A stretch of DNA of 11,406 nt from Octopus sinensis (GCF_006345805.1 NW_021826969.1:1-11406), one strand, 5' to 3'; numbered from the stretch's first letter, positions 1-8,848 are shown. The notes: generated by a model not told the origin, from the sequence alone. A program made the numbers and translations.

Positions 1-421
1 GTTGTCTACCTGGGAAGCACTATTAATAGATATAGCAATTTGGATGATGAAATTCCACATAGAATTAGGAAAGTAAGTGTGCTTTCGGAAGGGTAGAAAA
101 AGCGCCTCTGGAGTCGGCGAGACATAGCAGAAAGACAAAGATAAAGGTGTACAAGGCATGTGTGCTCCCTTCTCTTCTCTATGCCTGCGAGACGTGAGTC
201 ACATATCGATACCACTTTAAACAACTGGAACGTTTCCATCAGATGTGTCTTAGACGGATCTATGGCATTAAGTGGAAGGACCGCACCAGTGATCTTGAAA
301 TATTGGAAGGCTCTCGGTGTGAAAGTGTAGAAGTGCTCTTGTGTTAAAGCGAAGGCTCAGATGGAGTGGTCATCTGGTCAGGATGAAGGATTCAAGGATG
401 CCAAAACAACTCTTTCATGGA
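1..421 (+). mobile_element. Degenerate RTE-clade (BovB-like) non-LTR retrotransposon fragment, late/post-RT region of the ORF; runs off the window's left edge and breaks off at ~421
   Basis: Manual translation across frameshifts gives VYLGSTINRYSNLDDEIPHRIRK (frame 1), AFGR...KTKIKVYKACVLPSLLYACET*VTYRYHFKQLERFHQMCLRRIYGIKWKDR (frame 3) and RRLRWSGHLVRMKDSRMPKQLFHG (frame 2). These match the YLGS / LLYACETW / LRWxGHVxRM motifs typical of RTE ORFs. There is a TGG>TGA stop at 195-197 and there are several frameshifts. Confidence 0.9.
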
Positions 422-481
422 ATATGTTTCTGTTTCAAATATTCTGATTATACGAATACCGATACACATATACGCACACAC

Positions 482-486
<5 letters not shown>

Positions 487-525
<39 letters not shown>

Positions 526-612
526 GAAATATTAAAATAACTAAGTCTCTCTAAAAGAGACAGCGGCGCGTTCCGGAAAATAAATAAGTATGGCGATAAC
601 TATTATATATAG

Positions 613-649
<37 letters not shown>

Positions 650-860
650 ATAATCTATATACTATATTATATTATATATTTATGTATGTATGTATATATA
701 TATATTGCATACATCTCTAGATAAAATGCATTTATATAATATATACATATATATATATGTAAATATATATGTATATAATATGTATATGTATGTATATATA
801 TACATCTATACATATTATATACACACACATGTAAATATATTTATACGTTTTATATATATA
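487..860. repeat. (TA)n and TA/TATG-rich compound microsatellite block
   Basis: Pure (TA)n at 487-522, interrupted TA/TATG runs at ~600-860. Confidence 0.95.
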
Positions 861-917
861 TAAAGCAAGCGTTCAATATCAAACACACAAACATTCAAAC
901 ACAGAAATATGTTTGTT

Positions 918-939
918 TGGGTTTGTATGTATGTGTGTA

Positions 940-981
<42 letters not shown>

Positions 982-993
982 TGTGTGTGTGTG

Positions 994-1046
<53 letters not shown>

Positions 1047-1100
1047 ATCTGTATCTGTGTGGGTGTGTCTGTGTCTGTGTGTGTGCGTGCGAGTGTGGGT
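918..1100. repeat. (GT)n microsatellite
   Basis: Long, interrupted GT dinucleotide run. It explains the poly-CV and poly-HT ORFs. Confidence 0.97.
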
Positions 1101-1464
1101 GTTTCAGTGAATATTCGTGCGAGAGTGATTGAGAGAAAGAAAGAATCGAATAAGTAAAGTGTGTCTCTCTGAAATTCTACCAAAGTATGACAAGAGACAA
1201 AAACCGCCAACAATTAAAGAACCACAATAAAACAAGATGGAAAAGAGATTTTTGCTTTTGTAAGCGGAAAAAAAAAAAATAAAGTAAACGTTTCGTAAAA
1301 TCCAAAATATTCTCAAACGCAAAGGATTAAATTAAATACGATGTATTATCTGAAAAATATTGCTATTTATGATAATCATTTAAAATATTTTGGAGGATGC
1401 TTGTTTTTTATTTGTTTATTTTTAATTTTTTTTTTTTGCAAGAAACTTGGCGGATATTTTGGGG

Positions 1465-1488
1465 AGAGAGAGAGAGAGCGAGGGAAAC

Positions 1489-1545
<57 letters not shown>

Positions 1546-1585
1546 CGTAAGGAGAATCACAGAGAAAAAGTGAGAGAGAGAGAGA
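1465..1585. repeat. (GA)n microsatellite
   Basis: GA run visible directly; explains the poly-ER ORF. Confidence 0.95.
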
Positions 1586-1781
1586 GTAGTCTCTTAATAC
1601 ATTTAGAACTCATACTTGCAATAAATAAATTATTGAGAAAAGTATGTGTATATACTTAACATACATGAACGTTTACAAACACGAATACACACATATACAT
1701 ACTTAAACATATATGCGTACACGTATTAACATATACCACCTATATATAGACATACGCGAAACTCTCTCCCCTCTCTCTCTC

Positions 1782-1784
<3 letters not shown>

Positions 1785-1815
<31 letters not shown>

Positions 1816-1834
1816 CATAAATACATGTGTGTGA

Positions 1835-1900
<66 letters not shown>

Positions 1901-2130
1901 CACAACATACACATGCGCACTCATATCTTCACACATGCTCACGCAGGCTCACAGACACAGAAACACATACGCACATAGATATATGTATTTATATATGGTT
2001 ATATATATATCTAAATATATATATATATATATATATACGCATATATATGCATACATGCATGTATGTACATTCATACATACATAGAGACAAACACACAGGC
2101 ACACACACGCTCTCAAACACACACATGAAT
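1785..2130. repeat. (TA)n / (CA)n compound microsatellite block
   Basis: TA runs at 1785-1895 and ~2000-2045, with CA-rich low-complexity sequence between and after. Confidence 0.9.
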
Positions 2131-2425
2131 GTGTATGCACGCGCGTGTATTGAACACGCACTACCATCCACTGCAACACATTTGTGTTTGTTTTTGAGTG
2201 AATGCGTGTGTGTGAAGAATGTGTTTCTCTGTTTGTATGGAAGGCAGAGCGAGTAAGAACGAAGAAGAGAGTGGCAAAGAACAGGCAGGAGAATACATAC
2301 GTATATATGTATTTATGTATACACATACACACACATCGTTGGCCATATATTTATTCTGTGTAGGAAACTAATCATGGATCTGTGATTATGAAATCTATAC
2401 CCATAAGTTCCTATTCTTCATTGCC

Positions 2426-2660
2426 ATATATATTATATAATATATATATATATATTATATATATATATAATGTATAATATATGTATGTATATATGTATGT
2501 ACGTACATACGTGAGTATGTATCTATGTACGCATGCATACATGTACGTACGTATGTATGTACATATGTATGTATGTGTGTATGTGTATGCAAAAATTTAA
2601 GCACATATGTATTTGAGTATGCATGCATGCATACATTTATATGCATAATATATTATTTAC
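2426..2660. repeat. (TA)n / (TATG)n compound microsatellite
   Basis: Direct reading of interrupted TA and TATG/TACG units. Confidence 0.9.
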
Positions 2661-3084
2661 ACACAGTTTTATCGTGTACTTGGTGAACTCGCCATATCTG
2701 CAGATAGAAATTCAAGCATGAATAAGTTATTAATATCTAAACTACGCCAAAAGAGAAAAATAAACTCCCCTACTCCATCAAATAAAACAAAATTCTAAAT
2801 GTTTAATTTTCCGAAGTACTTTGTGTATGAAAATCGATATAAATGAAGAAAATTTAATGATCTGGGTGCAGTTTTATGTTTAACGGGTTTATTGATTTTT
2901 ATCGGCACATGTAGTAAAAGAATTTAAATGTGTTTATTGATATTTTATATATTGCAGATTGGATATTGGTTTCGATTTTATAGCAGCTGATTGCATTTTC
3001 GCTTTGTATTCTGCCTGATTTGCATAGTTCTCTACGGTTCCCTTCTACATTCTTCTTCAATTTTAATATTATTCACATCTAGAA

Positions 3085-3318
3085 TGCGTCGAGCAGGTAG
3101 AATCGTTAAGCACGTCGGGCGAAATGCGTAGCCGTATTTCGACTGCCGTTACGTTCTGAGTTCAAATTCCGCCGAGGTCGACTTTGCCTTTCATCCTTTC
3201 GCGGTCGATAAATTAAGTACCAGTTACGCACTGGGGTCGATGTAATCGACTTAATACCTATGTCTGTCCTTGTTTGTCCCCTCTGTGTTTAGCCCCTTGT
3301 GGGTAATAAAGAAATAGG
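3085..3318 (+). mobile_element. tRNA-derived SINE, family A, full-length monomer
   Basis: A-box-like head (gagcaggtagaatcgttaag), B box (gagttcaaattcc), central gtcgactttgcctttcatcctttc..gtcgataaattaagtacc and tail ...gtgggtaataaagaaatagg. Aligns by eye with the copies at 4418, 5407 and 8885. Confidence 0.92.
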
Positions 3319-3339
3319 CATACACCTACATATTTGCAT

Positions 3340-3472
3340 ACACATACATTCGTACATACATACATACATACATACATACATACATACATGTGCATATATG
3401 TATAAATACACTCACACACATACACACACACTCACACACATACACACACACTCACACACATACACACACACA
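3340..3472. repeat. (CATA)n / (CA)n microsatellite
   Basis: Direct reading. Confidence 0.93.
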
Positions 3473-3480
3473 CTTTCCAT

Positions 3481-3607
3481 AAGGCAGGTAGCAATCAAAG
3501 TCATTAGAACGTAAAACAAATTCCTTTGCAATATCCGTATTGGCTACCAGCACACTGAGTTCGAATCCTGCTGAAGTCAACTTTGTTTTCATCACATCGG
3601 AGTCGAT
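3481..3607 (+). mobile_element. Old, diverged family-A-related SINE fragment (head plus central domain)
   Basis: ctgagttcgaatcctgctgaagtcaactttgttttcatc..cggagtcgat (3555-3607) aligns to the family A core ctgagttcaaattccgccgaggtcgactttgcctttcatcctttcggggtcgat. The match to the head upstream is weaker. Confidence 0.65.
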
Positions 3608-3787
3608 TCTTTTTTTCCTTTCACTATCTTTGAAGAATTCGATTGTGCTCACAGACGGAAGAAGGATGTGCTCTAAATACATAAGGAACTCAGTTTTTGA
3701 CGATGGCCCCATAAGGGGTTCTGGGTCCGAGGATGGAAAGATATAATACACACACCACATGCGAAGAAGCACTCATGCACACAGTCC

Positions 3788-3885
3788 CGGAGGGGGGGCT
3801 GTGCGTTTAGTTGTGGCCTTCTACGTTTCTGCCAAATCAAACAGGATCAACAATGCATTAAACTTTAGGCGTCGATAAAATAAAA
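3788..3885 (+). mobile_element. Highly decayed SINE remnant (family-A-like central domain)
   Basis: caaatc..aggatcaacaatgcattaaactttaggcgtcgataaaataa loosely matches the family A core. Confidence 0.3.
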
Positions 3886-3957
3886 TAATTCCCAAGTACA
3901 GAAGTGGATTTCTTCCTGTAGGGCATCTTCGGTGTTGTGAAATTATAACAGATCTAT

Positions 3958-3979
3958 CCATCTTTCTTTCTATCTATAC

Positions 3980-4040
<61 letters not shown>

Positions 4041-4085
4041 CCTCCATCCATCCATCCATCCATCCATCCATCTGCCTGTCTATCT
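3958..4085. repeat. (TCTA)n followed by (TCCA)n tetranucleotide microsatellite
   Basis: Direct reading. Confidence 0.95.
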
Positions 4086-4154
4086 GTATGTCCATTAGTC
4101 TGTCCATGTGTTTGTCTACGTATTTGTTAATCATCTATCTTTGCCATCTATCTT

Positions 4155-4270
4155 TGTGTGTGTGTGTGTGTGTGTGTGTTGTGTGTGTGTGTGTGTGTGT
4201 GTGTGCGGGCGTGCGTGCGCGTATGTGTGAGAAAAGACAGGAAGAGAGAGAAGAGAGAGAGAGAGAGAGA
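4155..4270. repeat. (GT)n then (GA)n microsatellites
   Basis: Direct reading. Confidence 0.93.
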
Positions 4271-4417
4271 TGAATTAATGTGCATTAAAGAATTTTGATT
4301 TACTGAAATTATCTCCTCTTTCGAGGATAGAGGAAAGAATTGGTGGCAATTGTGACTAAACTCCAAATGAGAAGAGGAGATAATCAGAAGAATCAAGGAT
4401 TCTCCAAAATTTACATG

Positions 4418-4649
4418 CCTATTTCTTTACTAGCCACAAGGGGCTAAACACAGAGGGGTACAAACAAGGACAGACGAAGGGATTAAGTCGATTAGATCGA
4501 CTCCAGTGCATAACTGGTACTTAATTTATCGACCACGAAAGGATGAAAGGTAAAATCGACCTCGGCGGAATTTGAACTCAGAACGTAACGGCAGACGAAA
4601 TATGGCTACACATTTCGCCCGGCGTGCTAACGTTTCTGCCAGCTCGCCG
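4418..4649 (-). mobile_element. tRNA-derived SINE, family A, full-length monomer
   Basis: Reverse complement reads cggcgagctggcagaaacgttagcacgccgggcgaaatg...gagttcaaattccgccgagg...agtaaagaaatagg, collinear with 3085-3318. Confidence 0.95.
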
Positions 4650-4725
4650 AATATAAGAGTAGCGCTTCTCTAAATCGGACACCAGTTCTTCGCATAGTTC
4701 CAACTAAACTCTGCTGCTCCTTTTC

Positions 4726-4836
4726 AATTGAATCAATTACAGCAATGCAAAATAAAGTATCTTATTCAAGAACGGACACAGTGCGCCGCCCAGTCCAAAA
4801 ATGGAGTCCATCATTTCACGATCATGAGCCCAATAC
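4726..4836 (-). mobile_element. Diverged tRNA-derived SINE, family C (CORE-like), 5' part
   Basis: agcaatgcaaaataaagtatcttattcaagaa..cacagtgcgccgcc..cacgatcatgagcccaatac is a decayed reverse complement of the 7498-7620 head/core. Confidence 0.55.
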
Positions 4837-4883
4837 GTATTATGTCTTCGAACAAACCCATGATATTAAAGCCAACTTACTAT

Positions 4884-4998
4884 ATCATCATCGTCGTCGT
4901 CGTCGTCGTCGTCATCGTCATCATCATCATCATCATCGTCGTCGTCGTCGTCGTCATCATCATCATCATCATCAACAACAACAACAACAACAACAACA
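4884..4998. repeat. Compound trinucleotide repeat (CAT)n/(CGT)n/(CAA)n
   Basis: Direct reading. Confidence 0.95.
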
Positions 4999-5039
4999 CC
5001 TAGACATAATTATCTCGAGCCCGAGGATACACAGGGCCG

Positions 5040-5215
5040 GTTATCTGGTTCCCACAGCGAGATCAAAACAAACTCTTCTGAACGGGATTCCATTCCCTCG
5101 CGTCGCAGGATTATTCGTTAACAGCCGAGTGAACTGGAGTAGAATGAAATGAAATGATTTGTTCAAGAAAGCAATACATCGCTCGGTTCGAGAATCGAAA
5201 CCACGATCTTGGGAT
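5040..5215 (-). mobile_element. Family-C-related SINE fragment with a different 3' region; family A dimer lies just to its right
   Basis: 5122-5215 (cagccgagtgaactggag...tgaaatga..tttgttcaagaa..catcgctcggttcgagaatcgaaaccacgatc) is the reverse complement of a B box plus the ttgtgtccttgag..cactttatttcacgttgc..cagtcc..tca.ctg core seen at 7567-7625. Attribution of 5040-5120 to the element is less certain. Confidence 0.7.
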
Positions 5216-5237
5216 GATGATAAAACCTTTATCAATA

Positions 5238-5639
5238 TATTTCTTTACTACCCACAGAGGGGACAAACAAGGATAGACAGACGGATTAAGTCGATTACAT
5301 CGACCCCAGTGCGGAACTGGTACTTTATTTATCGACCCCGAAAGGATGAAAGGCAAAGTCGACCTCGGCGGAATTTGAACTCAGAACGTAGAGGCAGAGG
5401 AAATACCTATTTCTTTATTACCCACGAGGGGCTAAACACAGAGGGGACAAACAAGGACAGACATAGGTATTAAGTCGATTATATCGAACCCCAGTGCGTA
5501 ACTGGTACTTAATTTATCGACCCCGAAAGGATGAAAGGCAAAGTCGACCTCGGCGGAATTCGAACTCAGAACGTAGTGGTAGACGAAATACCGCTAAGCA
5601 TTTCGCCCGGAGTGCTAACGATTCTGCCAGCTCGTCGCC
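5238..5639 (-). mobile_element. Family A SINE, dimeric form: full unit (5639-5407) plus a headless second unit (5406-5238)
   Basis: On the minus strand the tail ...aaagaaatag runs directly into gtatttc...tacgttctgagttcaaattcc, and a second core and tail follow. Confidence 0.93.
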
Positions 5640-5729
5640 CTACAGTAGAGTATGAAATACGAAAGAGAAACTGCGCGGTTATTTTTAGCAAGTCGAGCGA
5701 CAATGTAATATCTCTGTTAGCTATGAATG

Positions 5730-5870
5730 GTAATGATGATGATGATGTTGGTGATCATGACAATGATAGTGCAAGTGGCAGCGGCGGCGGCGGCAGCTGT
5801 CGTAGCAGCGGTGGTGATGGAGGTGTTGGTGTTGGAGTAGGTGGTGATGGTTTTGGTGATGATGGTGGTA
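5730..5870. repeat. Compound (GAT)n/(GGC)n/(GGT)n trinucleotide low-complexity tract
   Basis: Direct reading; source of the D/G-rich ORF 5531-5926. Confidence 0.85.
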
Positions 5871-6469
5871 AAAATGAAGGTTTTTATCAAATTGTTATTC
5901 TCCCGATTGTCATTACTTTATTTTAGATTTCATTGTTTTATCGAGGCGCAAAAGAAACACGAGATATGAGTCAATGCTCCGCAGATCTCATAGAAATAAA
6001 AAATGAAAATAAAACAAAAGAAAAAAACAAAAAGAGAAAATGCTACTACATCATTTAGTATAATTTGGAAACAATCCCAGAATTAATTCTTATGCACGAC
6101 GGTAAACCTGTGTTGAATTCTTTCTATATTGGCGGTACTTAGTCATACAACTGCTACATATATTATACGAAAAAGAGCTGTTTGTGTTGTGAATACAAAA
6201 ACATAAAACTTTTCAATACAACTTTATGTACTCTTTTGGAAGTATTGTCGATCTTATACATGTTAAATTATATGAGATAAACGGATATTATATTCTCGAA
6301 CTATAGTTTCTTTCTGTTGGCCCCGCCCGTATATGTCAATGACTTGGAAATAAATTAAATGATGAGGCGGTTTATGCAGTATAAATCATCGGTGTCATCT
6401 GTCCTGAATTAGAATGAGGGTAGGAGATTGTTTTTTAAAATTTTCAAGGAAGAAGTTGAGTATATGTCA

Positions 6470-7260
6470 GGAATCGAAATCATTAGTTTAATTGTTTTTT
6501 TTTTTACGAAAGTATTAATTTATTATTGTTGTATTTCGGAATGGTCATTTTGCCAGTTTAGCCAATAAAAACACACGCACTATATATTTGGTGTTACTTT
6601 GCTTCAGTGTTATTTATTTTTTACATTAAACTTAATCTTATTTCAGCCAGAGTTCTTTCGTCACACTCCTGTGACCGCATCAGTGGTCCTTTGCTTTCTT
6701 CTTTCTTATTTGTGTGTCTCTCCTTACTAACCGTCAGCCATTTTGTATTAATTTATTATTATTATTTTTTTTTGTTAACTCACAAGTTGAGAAAGCTAAC
6801 AACTTATGTGTAAGAAAGATGTCGTATAACTTTAATTCGTTCTTAAAAGACTGTCCTTATTTGGCATTAACTATAATAGGTTACTGGTCTCTCCTTTGTC
6901 TCTCAGTTTTCAAATATACTTTTCGTCTTCTGAAAGTGCTTAGGTATTTTCCAGATTGTGATATTTAGAATTTCGAAGGAATCTCTGTCGCAGGTAAGTC
7001 TTCAAGATGTGCTCTGTAGGTCTTTTAAAGCAAGTTGATGTGAATACATTAACATGGTAATCAATACTTACGTATCTCTTGACAGTTTCCCTTTAAGTGA
7101 ACAGAGCTGTTTGTTTCAACATTTCACTTTGTTCTACGACTATTTACAATGATTTTGCATTGTGCTTTTTGACAGCGATAGATATGTTTTCTTATGTAAC
7201 TCTAGCTCACTTTAATGTTGTCATCGTTGAACAGCTTATAGAACTTACTCTTATACCATT
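6470..7260 (-). mobile_element. Decayed Penelope-like element (PLE): linker + GIY-YIG endonuclease relic followed by a 3' non-coding region (putative pseudo-LTR)
   Basis: Minus-strand translation: KFYKLFNDDNIKVS*SYI / ENISIAVKKHNAK (7246-~7150) resembles the PLE motif K(I/L)FNRNxxKxSYSCMxN...HN. C*NKQLCSLKG(N)C (7121-~7080) resembles the Cys-rich CxNKxxCPLxGxC linker. VSIDYHVNV...PTEHILK...RFLRNSKYHNLENT*ALS..KYI*KLRDKGET (to 6886) resembles the GIY-YIG body ending ...ELSKYIWxLK. Several stops and frameshifts. Family motifs are recalled, not searched; the left boundary is approximate. Confidence 0.8.
6647..6686 (-). ncRNA. Degenerate minimal type-I hammerhead ribozyme motif (HHR-1)
   Basis: Minus strand: CCA-CUGAUGC-G-GUCAC(AGGAGU)GUGAC-GAAA-GAAC-UC-UGG. 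5-bp stem II, 3-bp stem I, A9 replaced by C. Confidence 0.6.
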
Positions 7261-7497
7261 AAAGGAAATTTCCATTTTATAGAACAGGAACAAGAGTTCT
7301 AGCTCGAATACATGAAATTCTACCGTAACACTTTTCAGTGACCATCTTTCTTGATTAGAAGGTTTCTTCAGGAATCCCATTTTGGTGTAAGATTATTGTC
7401 TGTTCTAGCTTAATTGACATCAACCTGAAGAAATAAATTCGAATCTAATTCATATTCGATTTTTTGTTTCTGACACCATTAATATATGCGAATAGTG

Positions 7498-7753
7498 GGC
7501 GCGTGGTTAAGTTTTTAGGGTATTTGGGTCAAGATTATAAGATCGTAAATCTGATATCTGGCAACGTGTTGTGTCCTTGAGAAAGTCACTTTATTTCACG
7601 TTGCTTCAGTCCCCTCACCTGGCAAAAATGAGATGTACTTGTATTTCAAAGGGCCGGCCTTAGCACACTATGTGTCACACTGAATCTCCTTGGGAACTAA
7701 GCTAAGGGTACACGTGACTGTGGAGTGCTCAGCTACTTGCACATTGATTTCAC
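7498..7753 (+). mobile_element. tRNA-derived SINE, family C (CORE-like central domain)
   Basis: tRNA-like head ggcgcgtggttaagtttttagggtatt..., then gttgtgtccttgagaaagtcactttatttcacgttgcttcagtcccctcacctggcaaaaatgag, which resembles the CORE domain (ttgtgtccttgggcaagtcactt...). Related copies lie at 4726 and 5122. Confidence 0.8.
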
Positions 7754-7791
7754 ACCACAGAACCATCACACATGCTATGTTTGTATGTGTA

Positions 7792-7794
<3 letters not shown>

Positions 7795-7831
<37 letters not shown>
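7795..7831. repeat. (TA)n microsatellite
   Basis: Direct reading. Confidence 0.97.
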
Positions 7832-7832
<1 letters not shown>

Positions 7833-7898
7833 AACATTAAGTATGTATGTATGTATAGCAGGTTAGACTAAATTCACTCACAAAAAACACTTTTCCAG

Positions 7899-8044
7899 CA
7901 TCATGATGATGATGATGATCATCATCATCATTTCATCATCCTCATCATAATCACCACCATCATCATCATACTCATCATCATCATCATCCTCATCATAATC
8001 ACCACCATCATCATCATCATCATAATCATCATCATCATCATAAT

Positions 8045-8076
<32 letters not shown>

Positions 8077-8190
8077 TTCTCATCTTCTTTCTTTTTGAGT
8101 TGTTCTTGTTCCTCTTCTTCTTCGTTTCCCCTCCCCTCTCCTTCCCCTCCTCACCTCCTCCTCCTTCTTCTTCTTCTTCTTTATTATTAT
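7899..8190. repeat. (CAT)n/(CAC)n trinucleotide tract followed by a CTT/CCT pyrimidine-rich tract
   Basis: Direct reading; source of the poly-M and poly-E ORFs. Confidence 0.93.
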
Positions 8191-8797
8191 TAAGCATCTA
8201 AATCTGTCTCGGGTGTTAAAGCTTCGCGGATGTGTGTGTTGTGATTCTTGCGTTGTGAATCCACTTTTGCTTTGTGTTGTCTGCTTTTTTTCTTTTATTA
8301 CTCTATAAGACGCATTTGTAAAATATATCGGTTCCTTGTTTTCGTCTGCTAATACGCATTGGTTATCGGCTGATTCCATTCGCTTTTATCTATTTTATTC
8401 ATTTATTTATTATAACTTTAGCTTGCCAAAGAAATCATTTTCTTGTGATTAAAACCCTATATTCTTTCATAAACTGATAATGTCATCCGTGAATGTATCT
8501 GGTTCTTCCTTTTTGTGTTGGGCATTTTCGAGATCTTGAATCTGGAAAGTTTTTTTCTCGTGCGGATTACCGCCTTTGTTTTCCAGGAAGTAAGTCTTCC
8601 GTAGCTTACGATATATCACGCCATTTTTTTTCTGTTTATATTTTATTTTATATATTTTTTTTTCGTTCTTTTGCCATGAAGACATTTAAGGAAAATTTTT
8701 TTGGTAAGTTATCCTTCGAGTAATGTATGATTATTCTTTCCATTGTCGGCATGCCATGTTTATAAGTAATGGTTGTCTATGGAACTTTTATCTTTTG

Positions 8798-8848
8798 TCT
8801 TTTACTTGCATCAATCAGTACAGTGAGGCCATGCTGCAGCACCGCCTT
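8798..8848 (-). mobile_element. Isolated 3'-terminal fragment of SINE family B
   Basis: tcttttacttg..ca.tca...g.ggccatgctgcagcaccgcctt is the reverse complement of the tail at 9600-9650 (aaggtggtgctccagcatggc...tgactgaaacaagtaaaaga). Confidence 0.8.

Noticed and set aside
561-596. Small CpG cluster with ggcgcg, palindrome ttccggaa and a YY1-like tatggcg
   Set aside because: Only ~35 bp, embedded in (TA)n, with short motifs at chance level and no downstream gene evidence.
815-2646. ORFs rich in CV, HT, YI and ER repeats
   Set aside because: They are translations of (GT)n, (CA)n, (TA)n and (GA)n microsatellites, which are stop-poor in some frames; there is no complex coding signal.
2956-3020. 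Acceptor-like ttgcag followed by a short open frame (IGYWFRFIAADCIFALYSA*)
   Set aside because: No recognisable protein similarity and no matching donor; expected by chance.
3452-3772. Overlapping ORFs 3452-3772 (-) and 3540-3746 (+)
   Set aside because: Partly overlap a decayed SINE and a CA repeat; no recognisable domain.
4728-5152. Poly-His/Arg/Gln and poly-Ile/Val/Asn ORFs
   Set aside because: Built from a decayed SINE, a trinucleotide mosaic and another SINE fragment; the homopolymers come from the repeat.
5159-5926. ORFs of 104 and 131 aa
   Set aside because: Antisense read-through of family A SINEs plus a GAT/GGT tract; the same peptide (RPRKDERQSRPRRNLNSER) recurs at 8815-9024 from another copy.
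5967-6330. AP-1 site TGAGTCA (5967-5973) and GC box ccccgccc (~6321-6328)
   Set aside because: Isolated short motifs with no promoter context; chance level in 11 kb.
7928-8379. Poly-Met / poly-Glu ORFs on the minus strand
   Set aside because: Translations of (CAT)n and CTT/CCT tracts.
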